A stretch of 64,000 nt of DNA, from contig NC_059427.1 in the NCBI RefSeq assembly GCF_021028975.2, positions 118,544,001 through 118,608,000 on the forward strand. The letters run 5' to 3'. This document shows positions 63,490 through 64,000 of this stretch, in pieces (the first letter of the stretch is position 1; the number at the start of each line of letters is the position of its first letter). The DNA comes from Sphaerodactylus townsendi (lineage: Eukaryota). The notes beneath the pieces are model-generated. The model was not told the DNA's origin. It searched no databases and saw only the letters and a list, made by a program, of their open reading frames with translations. Made by a program: the position numbers and the translations under genes.

Positions 63490-63666
63490 TTTGGTACAGA
63501 AAGATTGGGCACAATATTATTATTTTCAAACATCATGGAGGTCCTTGAGACCCATTTCAGGATACAGCAAATTGATCCAAGATTATTACCAAGTCCTGAA
63601 ATGGGCCTCAAGGACCTCCATGATGTTTGAAAATAATAATATCGTGTCCAATCTTTCTGTACCAAA
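63490..63666. repeat. Near-perfect 177-bp palindrome
   Basis: ~73-nt arms with three transition mismatches and a ~31-nt loop. Confidence 0.95.
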
Positions 63667-63725
63667 TATCAAGTCAACAGAAGAGAGTTTTAAGTAGCTT
63701 TATTTGCAAAGAAAGGGGAGCCATC

Positions 63726-63861
63726 CAGTGGTGGGCTTAAAATAATTTAACAACCGGTAATGGTGGTGGGATTTAAATAATTTAACAACTGTTTGTTTAC
63801 AAGTACCATTTTAACAATCAGTTCTGCCGAAGTGGTGCAAACCTGCTGAATCCCACCACTG
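63726..63861. mobile_element. hAT MITE
   Basis: TIR CAGTGGTGGG...CCCACCACTG. 8-bp TSD GAGCCATC/GAGCCGTC. Confidence 0.9.
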
Positions 63862-64000
63862 GAGCCGTCCCAACATGGGCAGACTCTGCCAAAACAGTAT
63901 ATCCACAGCATGTTTATTCCCCTTCTCCCGAATTTTCCACACCTTCTCTGTTCCCCCATTGGCTAAGGGTACTTAGAGTCACAACTTTCCAGTCTGCCTA

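Overview
Vertebrate genomic DNA, most likely a squamate (gecko-like, judged from the SINE/LINE/MITE repertoire). It carries the conserved block that is chr17q25 in human, here in the order [probable MFSD11 5' end, -] / SRSF2 (+) / METTL23 (-) / JMJD6 (+) / MXRA7 exon 1 (+). I traced the splice sites by hand. SRSF2 has 2 coding exons (221 aa) plus the 104-nt 3'UTR poison exon. METTL23 has 5 coding exons (238 aa, including an in-frame N-terminal exon). JMJD6 has 6 exons (403 aa) plus an alternative exon 7 (414 aa). MXRA7 exon 1 has 177 codons, and I found no later MXRA7 exons in the window. Introns and intergenic DNA are rich in hAT, Tc/mariner and Harbinger-type MITEs, tRNA- and 5S-derived SINEs, CR1/L2 fragments, a 3.3-kb L2-clade LINE with nested insertions, and several long palindromes. 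There is an assembly gap at 4904-5194. I see no clearly novel multi-gene system. The best leads are regulatory (SRSF2 uORF, a candidate JMJD6 poison exon, a tandem HRE-like repeat, the METTL23/JMJD6 shared promoter next to SRSF2) and unusual hairpin insertions. Family names and comparisons with human come from recall, not from database searches.
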